64,000 nt of DNA from an uncultured Christensenellaceae bacterium (GTDB lineage Bacteria > Bacillota > Clostridia > Christensenellales > SZUA-584). The translations under genes and the position numbers were made by a program. Under the pieces are notes generated by a model. That model saw only the letters and a program-made list of their open reading frames with translations. It had not been told where the DNA came from and did no database searches. Below are positions 34,549 through 45,166 of this stretch, piece by piece (the stretch's first letter is position 1; each line of letters opens with the position of its first letter). Where the stretch lies: assembly GCA_964586785.1 (NCBI GenBank), contig CAZPHS010000003.1, positions 5,062-69,061 on the forward strand, in the 5' to 3' direction.

Positions 34549-36060
34549 ATGGACGGACGCGGCAGAAGGGCAGTGGCTGCCTATATTTATAATGCCGGAG
34601 AAAAACAGGGAGGCGTTGTGCGCAGATATATTTTTTTTGCCGTGGCGCTGCCGGCGGCGATTACGCTGTTTATGACAACGGCTTACGCGGCCAATACATT
34701 CAGTCCGTCGCAGGCAACCGAACAGCAAACCGCGCTTATAACGGTTTTTACCATAATTACGGCGGCGGTTTTCGCGCTGGTATGCCTGCTGCTGCTTATG
34801 CGCGCGGGCGGTGACGGCGGCGGGCGCGTTTGGCCGGCGCTTGCGCTTGCCGTGGCGCTTGCCGTGGCGCTTCGCGTTTTCACGGCGCTTATATTCAAAG
34901 GCCATGAGACTGATGTAAGGTGTTTTACCATTTGGGCGGAAACCGTTTACAAAACGGGACCCGAACAGTTTTATACGCACGGCATATTTTCGGACTACCC
35001 GCCCGGCTATATGTATGTGCTTTGGCTGTTGGGTTTTATTCGCGATTTGTTTTCGCTTGATATAAACAGCGCTATTAACATACTGCTTATAAAGCTGCCT
35101 TCCATTGCGGCCGAGGTTATAACCGCGGTTATTGTGTACAAGGCGGCTTCCAAACAAACGGGCAAAATGTTCGGACTGCTGTGCGCGTCATTTTTGCTGT
35201 TTAACCCCGCCATGTTTTTTAACAGCAGCGCGTGGGGGCAGATAGACGCTTTTTTCATACTGTTCGCGGTTCTTGCGTTATATTACGCAAGAAAAGAAAA
35301 CCCGTATCTTACCGCGCTTTATTTTGCCGTTTCACTGCTTTTAAAACCGCACGCGCTTATGGTCGCGCCGGTAATAGGCTTATATTATCTGTATTCATTG
35401 TTTAGAAAAGGCCGTTTTGGACGCGCGGCGCTCGGAGCGTTGGGAGGCGCCGCCGTTTTTACCGCCGTTTTTGCCGCGGGAGTGCTGCCGTTTACCGGCA
35501 GCCAGCCTATAACATGGATAGCTCACAAATACGCGGGAACGGTGGCTTCGTATAATTACGCCACAATAAACGCGTTTAACCTTTTTGCTTTAACGGGAGG
35601 AAACTGGGTGGACAGCGGCGAGGCTTTGTGGCTTAATCTGCCGTACGCCACATGGGGATGGTTTTTTATAGGGCTTGCGGTATTGGCGGTTATTATACTG
35701 CAATGGCGTTCGCGCGAATACGGGCGAACCTTCGAGCTTGCCGCGTTTCTTATTATATCGGTGTTTATGCTCGCGCATTCAATGCACGAAAGATATATGC
35801 TTCCCGCGTGCGTATTTTTGTTTTTCGGGTACGTGTATACGCGCGAGAGAGGAACGCTTCTTTTCGCGGCCGCTTTTTCATTCACGTCCCTTTTGAACCA
35901 AACTGTAACGCTGTTTGCCGAAACCACTGCCGCCCCGCAAAACTCCGCGTATATTATAGCGGCAGTTAATATAGTGTTGTTTTTAATATTCGTTCCATAC
36001 ATGTCAAGGAGGCTGCTGAGCGGAAGGGTGCTTATAAAACCGCCCGCTCTTAACGGATGA
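34549..36060 (+). CDS. polytopic membrane protein, GT-C-fold glycosyltransferase-like
   Basis: About 12 TM helices and an extracytoplasmic-loop motif FSDYPPGYMYVLW typical of GT-C mannosyl/arabinosyl-transferase-like families. The start is uncertain (34549, or GTG 34618 behind AGGGAGG). Confidence 0.55.
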   Translation: MDGRGRRAVAAYIYNAGEKQGGVVRRYIFFAVALPAAITLFMTTAYAANTFSPSQATEQQTALITVFTIITAAVFALVCLLLLMRAGGDGGGRVWPALALAVALAVALRVFTALIFKGHETDVRCFTIWAETVYKTGPEQFYTHGIFSDYPPGYMYVLWLLGFIRDLFSLDINSAINILLIKLPSIAAEVITAVIVYKAASKQTGKMFGLLCASFLLFNPAMFFNSSAWGQIDAFFILFAVLALYYARKENPYLTALYFAVSLLLKPHALMVAPVIGLYYLYSLFRKGRFGRAALGALGGAAVFTAVFAAGVLPFTGSQPITWIAHKYAGTVASYNYATINAFNLFALTGGNWVDSGEALWLNLPYATWGWFFIGLAVLAVIILQWRSREYGRTFELAAFLIISVFMLAHSMHERYMLPACVFLFFGYVYTRERGTLLFAAAFSFTSLLNQTVTLFAETTAAPQNSAYIIAAVNIVLFLIFVPYMSRRLLSGRVLIKPPALNG

Positions 36061-36064
36061 GAAT

Positions 36065-37960
36065 ATGAGGTTTCTGATGAAAGGCAAAAGGATAGACTGG
36101 AGAAAGCACGCGCGCAGGCGGCTTTTTGATAAGCATGAGAAGGCGCGTTTTACGCGGCTTGACTTTATAGTTATGGCGGCGGTAACGCTTTGCTACGCTT
36201 TCGTGGCGTTTATAAACCTTGGGTCGACGGACATACCGCAGACTTTTTATACTTTTGAAAAGGATGAGGTAATCATCGAGTTCAGTGAAACGCGGCTGAT
36301 TGAATCTATACGCTATTTTACATCCGTGGTGAAAGGCGACACCGATATTTATATCGGCTATTCATTGGACGGAGAAGGCTACTCCGACGCGGAATTTATC
36401 AAGAAAGACGAAGACGGGGTCGAATACTCCGAATATGTGATAAAGCATAACGATACGAATCTTTACAGGTGGCAGATAATAGAGCCGGTGCCGTTTAACG
36501 CAAAGTACGTGTCTGTACGCGCGCAGGGGTATCCTCTTCCGATGCTTGAAATGGGATTTTGCGATAAGGACGGCAGCCCCTTTGATGTAGTATCCGCGGT
36601 AAGCGCCGATCCGCAGGCGCCGCGGGGAAACCCGCCTATGTATATGTTTGACGAACAGCGGCATGTACCCAAACAGACGTACTATATGAACCAGATGTAC
36701 TTCGACGAAGTACACCACGCGCGCACGGCTTACGAGCATATAAACTATATAAGCCCGCGCGAGATTTCGCACCCGCCTCTCGGTAAAATACTTTTGGGCG
36801 TCGGCATACGTATATTCGGCATGAACCCGTTCGGGTGGCGGTTTATGGGAACGCTTTTCGGCGTTATGATGCTGCCTCTTATGTATGTTTTCGCAAAGAG
36901 GCTGTTTAAAAAAACGCTGTTCGCTTTTATACCCACAATGCTTTTCGCTTGTGATTTTATGCATTATACGCAAACGCGCATTGCCACTATAGACAGCTAC
37001 AGCATATTTTTTATAATGCTTATGTGCTATTTTATGTACCTTTATACCGAAACCAATTATAACAGGCAGCCTCTTGGCAAATCACTGCTGCCGCTGGCGC
37101 TGTGCGGCGTAACGTTCGGGCTTGGCGCCGCGACAAAGTGGCTGTGCATATACGCGGGCGCGGGGCTTGCGTTTATATTCGCGGTACAGATGGTGAAAAG
37201 ATACAGGGAGTACGCGTACGCCTGCGGCGCGCTTAAAGAGCAGGACGATATAAATCCGCGGCGGCGCGGGTTTTTAGAAGAGGTAAGCCGCGACTATTTC
37301 AGAAAAACTTTTATAACGCTTCTGTGGTGCGTGCTGTTTTTCATTATTATACCGCTTGTCATATACCTGCTTTCATATATACCCTACACATTGGTAAAGG
37401 ACGGCGCTTACGATTTTAACGCGATTTTGCGCAACCAGGAGGTTATGCTGAGCCACCACAGCAAGTTTAACGTGCATCCGTACAGTTCGCCGTGGTATTC
37501 GTGGCCGCTTAACATAAGGCCGGTATTTTTCTTTAAAGGCCAGGGCTATCCGGAGGGGCTTATATCGTCCATGTCCACTATGGGCAATCCCGCGGTTTGG
37601 TGGGGGGGCATAGGGGCGGTTATAGCGCTTATCGTTATACGCATACGCAAAGGGCGGCTCGGACGGCGCACATTCTTTATCGCCGTAATGGCTCTCTCGC
37701 AGTATATTCCCTGGGCGCTGCTTTCAAGGGAGACGTATATATACCACTATTTCGCGACTGTGCCTTTTCTTATACTGCTTATAGGCGTTCTCGCGAAATA
37801 TCTTACAGAGCGTACAAAGCACGGCAAAAAGGCGGTGTTTATATACCTTGGCGTATGCCTTTTGCTGTTTATTATGTTCTATCCTATAACGACCGGCGTT
37901 ATGGTGCCAAGCTGGTACCCGTACACATTCTTAAAATGGTTTGGCAGCTGGCCGATATAA
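36065..37960 (+). CDS. GT39/PMT-like polyprenyl-phosphate-sugar-dependent protein glycosyltransferase with an N-terminal extracytoplasmic beta-rich insert
   Basis: FDEVHHARTAYE (the loop-1 DE motif of PMT/GT39), HPPLGK, and many TM helices. Residues ~60-190, after TM1, look like a soluble beta-sandwich domain. Confidence 0.7.
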   Translation: MRFLMKGKRIDWRKHARRRLFDKHEKARFTRLDFIVMAAVTLCYAFVAFINLGSTDIPQTFYTFEKDEVIIEFSETRLIESIRYFTSVVKGDTDIYIGYSLDGEGYSDAEFIKKDEDGVEYSEYVIKHNDTNLYRWQIIEPVPFNAKYVSVRAQGYPLPMLEMGFCDKDGSPFDVVSAVSADPQAPRGNPPMYMFDEQRHVPKQTYYMNQMYFDEVHHARTAYEHINYISPREISHPPLGKILLGVGIRIFGMNPFGWRFMGTLFGVMMLPLMYVFAKRLFKKTLFAFIPTMLFACDFMHYTQTRIATIDSYSIFFIMLMCYFMYLYTETNYNRQPLGKSLLPLALCGVTFGLGAATKWLCIYAGAGLAFIFAVQMVKRYREYAYACGALKEQDDINPRRRGFLEEVSRDYFRKTFITLLWCVLFFIIIPLVIYLLSYIPYTLVKDGAYDFNAILRNQEVMLSHHSKFNVHPYSSPWYSWPLNIRPVFFFKGQGYPEGLISSMSTMGNPAVWWGGIGAVIALIVIRIRKGRLGRRTFFIAVMALSQYIPWALLSRETYIYHYFATVPFLILLIGVLAKYLTERTKHGKKAVFIYLGVCLLLFIMFYPITTGVMVPSWYPYTFLKWFGSWPI

Positions 37961-37972
37961 AAGGGGGCTAAA

Positions 37973-38404
37973 TTGCGAAACAAGCCGTATGCCGGACACA
38001 AAGAAAGCATAAGGCAGCTTATAAAATTTATTATTGTAGGCGCGGTCAACTTTTTTGTTGATTTTGGAATACTTGCTTTGCTTAATTACGCGTTCGGATG
38101 GCCGCTTATTATATCAAACACAATTTCTTACTCTTGCGGCGTAATAAACAGCTTTTTGCTTAACCGGCGCTGGACATTCAAACAAAAACATAAATTTTTA
38201 TCCGACCGCTTTGCGTTGTTTATTATTATAAACTTAATATCGCTGGGCGTTAACAATCTGGCGGTGCATATACTGGGCGATATTTACGGACTTCCCGTCA
38301 TGTGGGCAAAGCTGATTGCGACCGTATTCTCGTTTACGGTAAATTTTGCGGGAAACAAGCTGTTTGTATTCAACCGGCCTGTTACCGAAGAAAATAAAAA
38401 GTAA
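37973..38404 (+). CDS. GtrA-family membrane protein
   Basis: 4-TM protein with FIIVGAVNFFVDFGILALL and FTVNFAGNKLFVF, matching the GtrA-like pattern. Confidence 0.8.
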   Translation: MRNKPYAGHKESIRQLIKFIIVGAVNFFVDFGILALLNYAFGWPLIISNTISYSCGVINSFLLNRRWTFKQKHKFLSDRFALFIIINLISLGVNNLAVHILGDIYGLPVMWAKLIATVFSFTVNFAGNKLFVFNRPVTEENKK

Positions 38405-38424
38405 ACCGAATCGAGGCATGGACA

Positions 38425-39942
38425 GTGCTTTCAAAAGTACGCAGTTTTGGACTGCTCGGGCTGTGCGGCTATCCCGTTACGGTGGAGGCGGACATAACTA
38501 CAGGTATGCCCTCATACGAGACGGTGGGGCTGCCGGGCGCGGCCGTGCGCGAATCAAAAGAGCGCGTAAGGTCGGCTATAAGAAACTCCGGCTTTTGTTA
38601 TCCGCAGCAGCGCATAACGATTAATCTGGCGCCCGCCGATTTAAAAAAGCAGGGGCCTATTTACGATTTGGCTATAGCGCTCTCTCTTTTGTGCGCAAGC
38701 GGGCAGTGCGGCGAACCCGACGAAAAAAGCATATTTTTAGGCGAGCTTTCTCTCGACGGACAGCTCCGCGGCATTGCCGGAGCTTTGCCTATGGCAATAT
38801 CGGCGCTTGAGGCGGGATACACAAAGCTTTTTATACCGGCGGACAACGCCGGAGAGGCGGCGTACCTTTGCGGTATAGAGGTTTACGCCGTCGATACCCT
38901 TGCCGACGTCGCCGGACATTTTGCGGGAGACAAAAAGCTTACGCCGGAGAAGCTGCGAATATTCGAGCCTTACGGCGAAGCGTTGTGCGAAGGCGATATG
39001 GCGCATATTAAGGGACAGCAGCAGGCAAGGAGAGCCATAGAGATTGCGGCGGCGGGAGGGCACAACATAGTGTTCATAGGTCCGCCCGGCTCGGGCAAAA
39101 CGATGCTCGCGCGGGCTTTGCCCGGCATACTGCCGGACATTTGCTTTGAAGAAGCGATAGAGATATCCAAAATACAATCGGTATGCGGACAAAACAGAGG
39201 CGGCATAGCAACGCGGCGTCCTTTCCGCGGGCCGCACCATACGCTTTCAACGGCGGCGCTGACAGGAGGAGGGCACGGCGTAACGCCCGGAGAGATAAGC
39301 CTCGCGCACGGAGGCGTGCTTTTTTTGGACGAGCTGCCCGAATTCTCTCGCGCGGCGCTGGAAGCCTTGCGCCAGCCTCTTGAAGACCGCCGTATAAGCA
39401 TAGCGCGCGCTAACTTTAAAGTGACATATCCCGCGAACTTTATGCTTGTCGCGTCTTTAAATCCGTGCCCCTGCGGAAATTACGGCGGCGAAAAACCCTG
39501 CCGATGTACGCCCCGCGAGATTTCACGTTATCTTTCGCGCATAAGCGGGCCGCTGCTTGACAGGATAGATATGCACATAGGTATGGACACCGTATCCTAC
39601 GGGGAGCTTTCGCAGCGTCAAAACGCCGAAACCTCGAGGGATATACGCGCGCGCGTAAATACGGCCAGGCGCATACAGCAAAGGCGTTACGCAGGCAGCG
39701 GCATATACAGCAACGCGGCTTTGCACAGCGAACAGCTCTCGCGGTACTGCGCGCTTGACGCGGAAAGCCGCGTTTTAATGGAAACCGCGTACAACAGGTT
39801 CGGCTTAAGCCCGCGGGGCAGGGCGCGCGTTTTAAAGGTGTCGCGAACCATCGCCGATTTGGCGGGTACGGAGAGCATACTGAAAAATCATCTTGCCGAG
39901 GCGCTGCAATTCAGAACGCCCGACAAAAAGTACTGGGGTTAG
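38425..39942 (+). CDS. YifB/ComM-family Mg-chelatase-like AAA+ ATPase
   Basis: N-terminal Lon-protease-like domain (VEADITTGMPSYETVGLPGAAVRESKERV), Walker A GPPGSGKT, LFLDELPEF. Confidence 0.85.
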   Translation: MLSKVRSFGLLGLCGYPVTVEADITTGMPSYETVGLPGAAVRESKERVRSAIRNSGFCYPQQRITINLAPADLKKQGPIYDLAIALSLLCASGQCGEPDEKSIFLGELSLDGQLRGIAGALPMAISALEAGYTKLFIPADNAGEAAYLCGIEVYAVDTLADVAGHFAGDKKLTPEKLRIFEPYGEALCEGDMAHIKGQQQARRAIEIAAAGGHNIVFIGPPGSGKTMLARALPGILPDICFEEAIEISKIQSVCGQNRGGIATRRPFRGPHHTLSTAALTGGGHGVTPGEISLAHGGVLFLDELPEFSRAALEALRQPLEDRRISIARANFKVTYPANFMLVASLNPCPCGNYGGEKPCRCTPREISRYLSRISGPLLDRIDMHIGMDTVSYGELSQRQNAETSRDIRARVNTARRIQQRRYAGSGIYSNAALHSEQLSRYCALDAESRVLMETAYNRFGLSPRGRARVLKVSRTIADLAGTESILKNHLAEALQFRTPDKKYWG

Positions 39943-39944
39943 CA

Positions 39945-41018
39945 ATGCCGGAAGAGATAAAGTATTGGATATGGATGGCGTATCTGCCCGGTATGGGCGC
40001 GAAAACATTCTATCAGATAATTAAAACATTCGGCTGCGCCGCGAACTTTTTTGACGCCGCGTATAACAATTCGCCGATGCTCCGCGGTCTGCAGCCCGAG
40101 CTTGTATCGGCCGCACGCGCGGCGTGTTCAAAAAGCCGCGTTACGGAAATTTTGTGCGAGCTCGCGGAAAAGAGGGTGTCTGTTATCACGCGGCTGTGCG
40201 AAGATTATCCCGCCCCGCTTTTACGAATACCGTGGTCTCCCGCGGTATTGTTTGTAAAGGGGAGGCTTTGCGACGCGCGGCGGGCAATAGGAATAGTCGG
40301 TACGCGCCGCTGTACAAGGCGCGGATACGAACTGACGCACAATATATCGTCTTGCCTTGGTATGCCCGTGGTGTCGGGGCTGGCGCGCGGCATAGACACC
40401 GCCGCGCATACCGGAGCGCTTAAGGCGAATCAGCCGACGACGGCGGTTTTAGGCTGCGGTGCGGACATTGTATATCCGCCGGAAAATACCGACGTGTATC
40501 AAAGCATAATAGAGAACAACGGCGCGGTTGTCTCCGAGCTGCCGCCCGGGGCGGCGCCTTTCGCAGCCAATTTTCCCGTGCGAAACCGTATAATAGCGGG
40601 TTTGGCGCGCGGTCTGCTTGTCGTGGAATCGGAGGAGATCGGCGGAACGGCCATAACGGTATCAAACGCCATAGGCTTGGGCATTGATATTTTCGCCGTA
40701 CCCGGCCCCCCGTACATAGCAAACAGCGCTTTGCCTAATATGCTTATTGCCAACGGAGCCGTGCCCGTGCTCGGCGCCGCCGATATAAAAAGGCATTACG
40801 GCGAAGAAAGCCGTGCGGAGCGAAAAAACGCTGCGCCGCCGCCGCCGCTAGATTTGCTGCAAAGCCGTATACTTGAGCTGCTGAAAAACGAAGACCGGAG
40901 CGCGCAGGCAATATCGGATTTGACCGGTATGCCCGCCGAGCAAATAAGCGCCGCTCTTACAATGCTTGAGCTTTCCGGCGCGGTACGGCGCATAGCGGGA
41001 GGCAAATACGGTGTGTAA
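39945..41018 (+). CDS. dprA: DNA processing protein DprA (Smf)
   Basis: GIVGTRRCT, SGLARGIDTAAH, VSELPPG and a C-terminal winged-helix tail. Confidence 0.85.
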   Translation: MPEEIKYWIWMAYLPGMGAKTFYQIIKTFGCAANFFDAAYNNSPMLRGLQPELVSAARAACSKSRVTEILCELAEKRVSVITRLCEDYPAPLLRIPWSPAVLFVKGRLCDARRAIGIVGTRRCTRRGYELTHNISSCLGMPVVSGLARGIDTAAHTGALKANQPTTAVLGCGADIVYPPENTDVYQSIIENNGAVVSELPPGAAPFAANFPVRNRIIAGLARGLLVVESEEIGGTAITVSNAIGLGIDIFAVPGPPYIANSALPNMLIANGAVPVLGAADIKRHYGEESRAERKNAAPPPPLDLLQSRILELLKNEDRSAQAISDLTGMPAEQISAALTMLELSGAVRRIAGGKYGV

Positions 41019-41223
41019 ACGGCGGCAAAAGAATTTTCGCGGCGCGGCGCGTAAATAACACCAAACGCGTTTTAAGGTGATATGCCGCTTGCTTTTTTTT
41101 GCGCACGCATTTATAATTTGCAATCGTAAGGGAAAAAGTATGCAAATTTTATTACAAGCCGCATAAAATAGCGGTAAAGATGTGCCGAAGAGTTGCGATT
41201 ATTATTTTTACGGAGAGATGAAT

Positions 41224-43332
41224 ATGCAGAAAACAAGCACAAAAAAATACGACCTCGTTATCGTCGAGTCTCCCGCGAAAGCCAAAACGATAAGCAAGTT
41301 TTTAGGTTCCGGCTATAAGGTGCAGGCAAGCGGAGGGCATGTGAGGGATCTGCCCAAAAGCACAATAGGCGTTGATATCGAAAATGATTTTGAACCGAAA
41401 TATATTCAGATAAGAGGAAAAAAGGAAATAATAGGCGCGCTTAAGGCTGGTGCGCAGGGCGCGCGCAACATATATCTTGCGACAGACCCCGACAGGGAAG
41501 GCGAGGCGATATCGTGGCACATAGCAAATATGCTCGGCGTTGACGCGAATAAGCCTGTACGCATAGAGTTTAATGAAATAACCAAAAACGCGGTGACAAG
41601 CGCCATATCGCACCCGCGGAAAATAAACGCCGATTTGGTGGACGCGCAGCAGGCGCGCCGCGTGTTAGACAGGCTTGTGGGATATAAGCTAAGCCCGCTG
41701 CTTTGGAGAAAGGTGAAAAAGGGTTTGTCGGCGGGGCGCGTTCAGTCTGTGGCGGTGCGTATAATCTGCGACCGCGAGGATGAGATAAACGCTTTTGTTC
41801 CGGAGGAATACTGGACTGTAACGGCGCGGCTTAAAAACGCCGGAGGAACGCATGAATTTGAAGCTAAATATTTCGGGGAAAACGGCGAAAAGAAAAAGCT
41901 TGAATCCAAAGCTCAAACGGACGAAGTATTAGAGAGTATAAAAGGAAAAGAGTTTGTCGTAGGGGATATAAAGAAGGGCACTAAACGCAAAAACGCGCTG
42001 CCGCCTTTTACGACAAGTTATCTCCAGCAGGCCGCTTCGGGCGCGCTCGGGTTTACGGCGAAACGGACAATGCTTGTGGCGCAGCAGCTTTACGAGGGAA
42101 TAGAAATAGGCGGAGAAGGCCCCGTGGGGCTTGTCACATATATACGTACCGATTCAACCCGCGTGTCAAACGAGGCGCTTTCGGCTGTCCGCGACCACAT
42201 AACGGAAAAGTACGGACCGGAATATCTTCCCGAAAAGCCTAATTATTTTAAAAGCTCGAAAAAAGCCCAGGACGCGCACGAGGCTATTCGCCCGTCATAT
42301 TTGGAATTAACTCCGGATTCGATAAAACACGCTCTTACAAAAGACCAGTATAAGCTCTATAAGCTCATATACGGCAGATTCGTGGCAAGCCAGATGGCGC
42401 CCGCGGTGTATGAGACTATGCAGGTTAACATAAACGCAGGCAAAAACACATTCCGCGCGAGCGGCTCGCGGGTGCTGTTCCGCGGCTGTACGGCGGTGTA
42501 TTGCGCGGAGGACGAGGAAACAAAGGATATATTGCTGCCGCCGCTTAACGCTCAGGATGTGTGCGCGCTTGTAAACATTGCGCCGAAACAGAATTTTACC
42601 CAGCCGCCGCCGCGGTACACCGAGGCTACGCTGGTGCGCGCGCTTGAGGAAAAGGGCATAGGAAGACCGAGCACCTACGCGCCTATCATATCTACAATAC
42701 AGGAGCGGCGCTATATAGTAAAAGAGGGGCGCGGGCTTATGCCTACGGAGCTTGGCGTTATTGTAAACAACCTTATGAAGCAGAATTTTTCGGACATAGT
42801 TGACGTCGCTTTTACCGCGGAGCTTGAAAATAAGCTTGACGATATCGAAAACGGCGGCAAGCAATGGAAAAGGCTTCTGCACGATTTTTACGCGCCTTTT
42901 GAAGCGACTTTGAATGTGGCGGACAAAAACATAGAACGCATTGAATTGCCCGTGCAAGAAAGCGACGTTGTATGCGAAAAGTGCGGGCGTAATATGGTAT
43001 ATAAGGACGGGCGTTTCGGACAGTTTCTTGCCTGCCCGGGATATCCCGAGTGCCGCAACACAAAGCCTATAGTAAAATATATAGAAACGCCGTGTCCAAA
43101 GTGCGGCAAGCGCATAGTGGAGAAGCGTTCGGCGAAAACGCGCAAGACGTTCTACGGCTGCGAAGGTTACCCTGAGTGCGACTTTGTATCATGGGATATG
43201 CCCATCGCCGAAAAATGCGAGGAATGCGGCTCTATGATGGTGCTGCGCCGATTGTCGAACGGAAGCAGCTATAAAAGATGCGCCAACGCGGAATGCGTTA
43301 AAAACCGGCGCAAAAAGGCGGACGCCGATTAG
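41224..43332 (+). CDS. topA: DNA topoisomerase I
   Basis: LVIVESPAKAKTISKFLG Toprim start, the active-site Tyr region, and C-terminal Zn-ribbon repeats (CEKCGRNM..., CPKCGKR..., CEECGS...). The ATG at 41224 follows GGAGAG. Confidence 0.95.
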   Translation: MQKTSTKKYDLVIVESPAKAKTISKFLGSGYKVQASGGHVRDLPKSTIGVDIENDFEPKYIQIRGKKEIIGALKAGAQGARNIYLATDPDREGEAISWHIANMLGVDANKPVRIEFNEITKNAVTSAISHPRKINADLVDAQQARRVLDRLVGYKLSPLLWRKVKKGLSAGRVQSVAVRIICDREDEINAFVPEEYWTVTARLKNAGGTHEFEAKYFGENGEKKKLESKAQTDEVLESIKGKEFVVGDIKKGTKRKNALPPFTTSYLQQAASGALGFTAKRTMLVAQQLYEGIEIGGEGPVGLVTYIRTDSTRVSNEALSAVRDHITEKYGPEYLPEKPNYFKSSKKAQDAHEAIRPSYLELTPDSIKHALTKDQYKLYKLIYGRFVASQMAPAVYETMQVNINAGKNTFRASGSRVLFRGCTAVYCAEDEETKDILLPPLNAQDVCALVNIAPKQNFTQPPPRYTEATLVRALEEKGIGRPSTYAPIISTIQERRYIVKEGRGLMPTELGVIVNNLMKQNFSDIVDVAFTAELENKLDDIENGGKQWKRLLHDFYAPFEATLNVADKNIERIELPVQESDVVCEKCGRNMVYKDGRFGQFLACPGYPECRNTKPIVKYIETPCPKCGKRIVEKRSAKTRKTFYGCEGYPECDFVSWDMPIAEKCEECGSMMVLRRLSNGSSYKRCANAECVKNRRKKADAD

Positions 43333-44638
43333 CGCCGTCGTTATAGGCGCGGGGCTCGCGGGCTGCGAAGCCGCGTACCAGCTTGCGCGGCGGGGAGTTA
43401 AAGTCAGGCTTATAGAGCAAAAGCCTTTGCGTAAATCGCCGGCGCATTATTCGGATTATTTCGCGGAGCTTGTATGCTCCAATTCGCTCGGCTCACGCGC
43501 GCTTACAAGCGCCTCGGGGCTGCTTAAGCAGGAGATGCGCGAGCTTGGCTCGCTGATAATAAAAGCCGCCGATAGAAACGGCGTTCCGGCGGGCGGCGCT
43601 CTCGCGGTGGACAGGGAAGCGTTTTCGGGCTTTATAACGAACGCCGTATACTCCGACCCGAACATTACGGTTGAATGCGGCACGGCGGCCGAACTGCCCG
43701 AAGAAGGCGTTGTTATAGCCGCGCCGGGACCGCTGGCGGAGGGAAAACTGGCGCAAAGCATAAAAGACGCCGTCGGTAAAGGCTTTTTGTCTTTCTACGA
43801 CGCGGCGGCTCCCATTGTGACCGGCGATTCCATAGACCATACAAAAGCGTTTTTCGCGTCGCGGTACGGCAAGGGCGGGGACGATTATCTTAACTGCCCT
43901 ATGGATAAGGAGCGGTACGACGCTTTTTATAAAGAGCTTATAGCCGCGCAAACCGCGCCTTTGCGCGGCTTTGAGGACGATGGTGTGTTCGAAGGCTGTA
44001 TGCCCGTGGAGACAATGGCGGGGCGCGGATATAAGACGCTGCTTTTTGGGCCGCTAAAGCCCGTAGGTCTGTATGCGAGGGACGGCAAAAGGGCTTACGC
44101 TGTGGTTCAGCTGCGCCGTGAGGACGGCGCGGGAAGGCTTTACAATATGGTGGGGTTTCAGACTCATCTGAAATTCGGCGAACAGCGGCGTGTATTTAGA
44201 ATGATACCGGGGCTTGAAAACGCGCGGTTTGTACGGTACGGGGTTATGCACAGGAATACATTTATAGCAAGCCCGGGAATTTTAAACGGGTGTTACGAAT
44301 TAATAAGCCGTCCGGGGCTGTTTTTCGCGGGGCAGATAACGGGAGTGGAGGGCTATGTGGAAAGCGCGGCAAGCGGTTTGCTCGCGGGTTTATGCGCCGC
44401 GTGCGATTTGACGGGCGCTCCGCGTCCTTGTTTTGGAAGCGATACGGCTGCGGGCGCGCTGTCCGCGTATGTATCCGGATACGCGGGGGGAAACTTTCAG
44501 CCTATGAACATAAATTTTGGCATTATTGATTCGGTTTCGGGAACGGGGAAAGATAAAAAAGAACTTACGGCAGAGCGCGCGCTCGAAAAAGTGCGGCTGA
44601 TTGCCAAGGCTGTTGAGCCAAAGGAGAGCCGGCCATGA
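43328..44638 (+). CDS. trmFO: methylenetetrahydrofolate--tRNA-(uracil54-C5)-methyltransferase TrmFO (Gid); start codon non-canonical or unresolved
   Basis: The frame opens at 43238. The conserved N-terminus [27 protein letters not shown] is encoded at 43331-43411, upstream of the ORF-track TTG (43427). The only plausible initiator is ATT at 43328, overlapping the topA TAG. Confidence 0.8.
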   Translation: MSAVVIGAGLAGCEAAYQLARRGVKVRLIEQKPLRKSPAHYSDYFAELVCSNSLGSRALTSASGLLKQEMRELGSLIIKAADRNGVPAGGALAVDREAFSGFITNAVYSDPNITVECGTAAELPEEGVVIAAPGPLAEGKLAQSIKDAVGKGFLSFYDAAAPIVTGDSIDHTKAFFASRYGKGGDDYLNCPMDKERYDAFYKELIAAQTAPLRGFEDDGVFEGCMPVETMAGRGYKTLLFGPLKPVGLYARDGKRAYAVVQLRREDGAGRLYNMVGFQTHLKFGEQRRVFRMIPGLENARFVRYGVMHRNTFIASPGILNGCYELISRPGLFFAGQITGVEGYVESAASGLLAGLCAACDLTGAPRPCFGSDTAAGALSAYVSGYAGGNFQPMNINFGIIDSVSGTGKDKKELTAERALEKVRLIAKAVEPKESRP

Positions 44639-45165
44639 TGGAAGGAACAACTATTGTCGCGGTGCGCAGGGACGGGAAATGCGCCGTCGCGGGAGACGGG
44701 CAGGTAACGTTCGGACAGAATACTATTATGAAGCACAACGCTAAAAAGGTGCGCAGGCTTTTTAACGACAAGGTCGTAGTCGGCTTTGCCGGTTCCGTCG
44801 CCGACGCGTTTACCTTATCGGAGCGGTTTGAAGCCAAGCTTGAGCAGTATAGCGGAAGCCTGCAAAGGGCGGCGGTGGAGCTGGCGCAGGAGTGGCGCGG
44901 CGATAAGGTTCTGCGCAAGCTTGAAGCTATGCTCATAGCGGCGGATAAAAACGAACTGCTTATAGTTTCGGGCAGCGGAGAGGTGATATCTCCCGACGAC
45001 GAAGTGGCGGCGATAGGTTCTGGCGGAAGCTACGCTCTTGCGGCGGCTAAAGCGCTTAAGGAAAACACTTCTCTATCGGCATATGAAATTGCCAGCAAGG
45101 CGATAACAATAGCCGGTCAAATTTGTGTTTTTACCAACGATCGCATAACGGTCGAGGAGGTTTGA
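44635..45165 (+). CDS. hslV: ATP-dependent protease subunit HslV (ClpQ)
   Basis: [25 protein letters not shown], an N-terminal Thr protease. The start overlaps the trmFO stop. Confidence 0.9.
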   Translation: MMEGTTIVAVRRDGKCAVAGDGQVTFGQNTIMKHNAKKVRRLFNDKVVVGFAGSVADAFTLSERFEAKLEQYSGSLQRAAVELAQEWRGDKVLRKLEAMLIAADKNELLIVSGSGEVISPDDEVAAIGSGGSYALAAAKALKENTSLSAYEIASKAITIAGQICVFTNDRITVEEV

Positions 45166-45166
45166 T

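Noticed and set aside
43427-43429. TTG at 43427 as the trmFO start, as in the ORF track.
   Set aside because: It would remove the GxGxxG FAD-binding N-terminus, which is clearly encoded in frame upstream (43331-43405).
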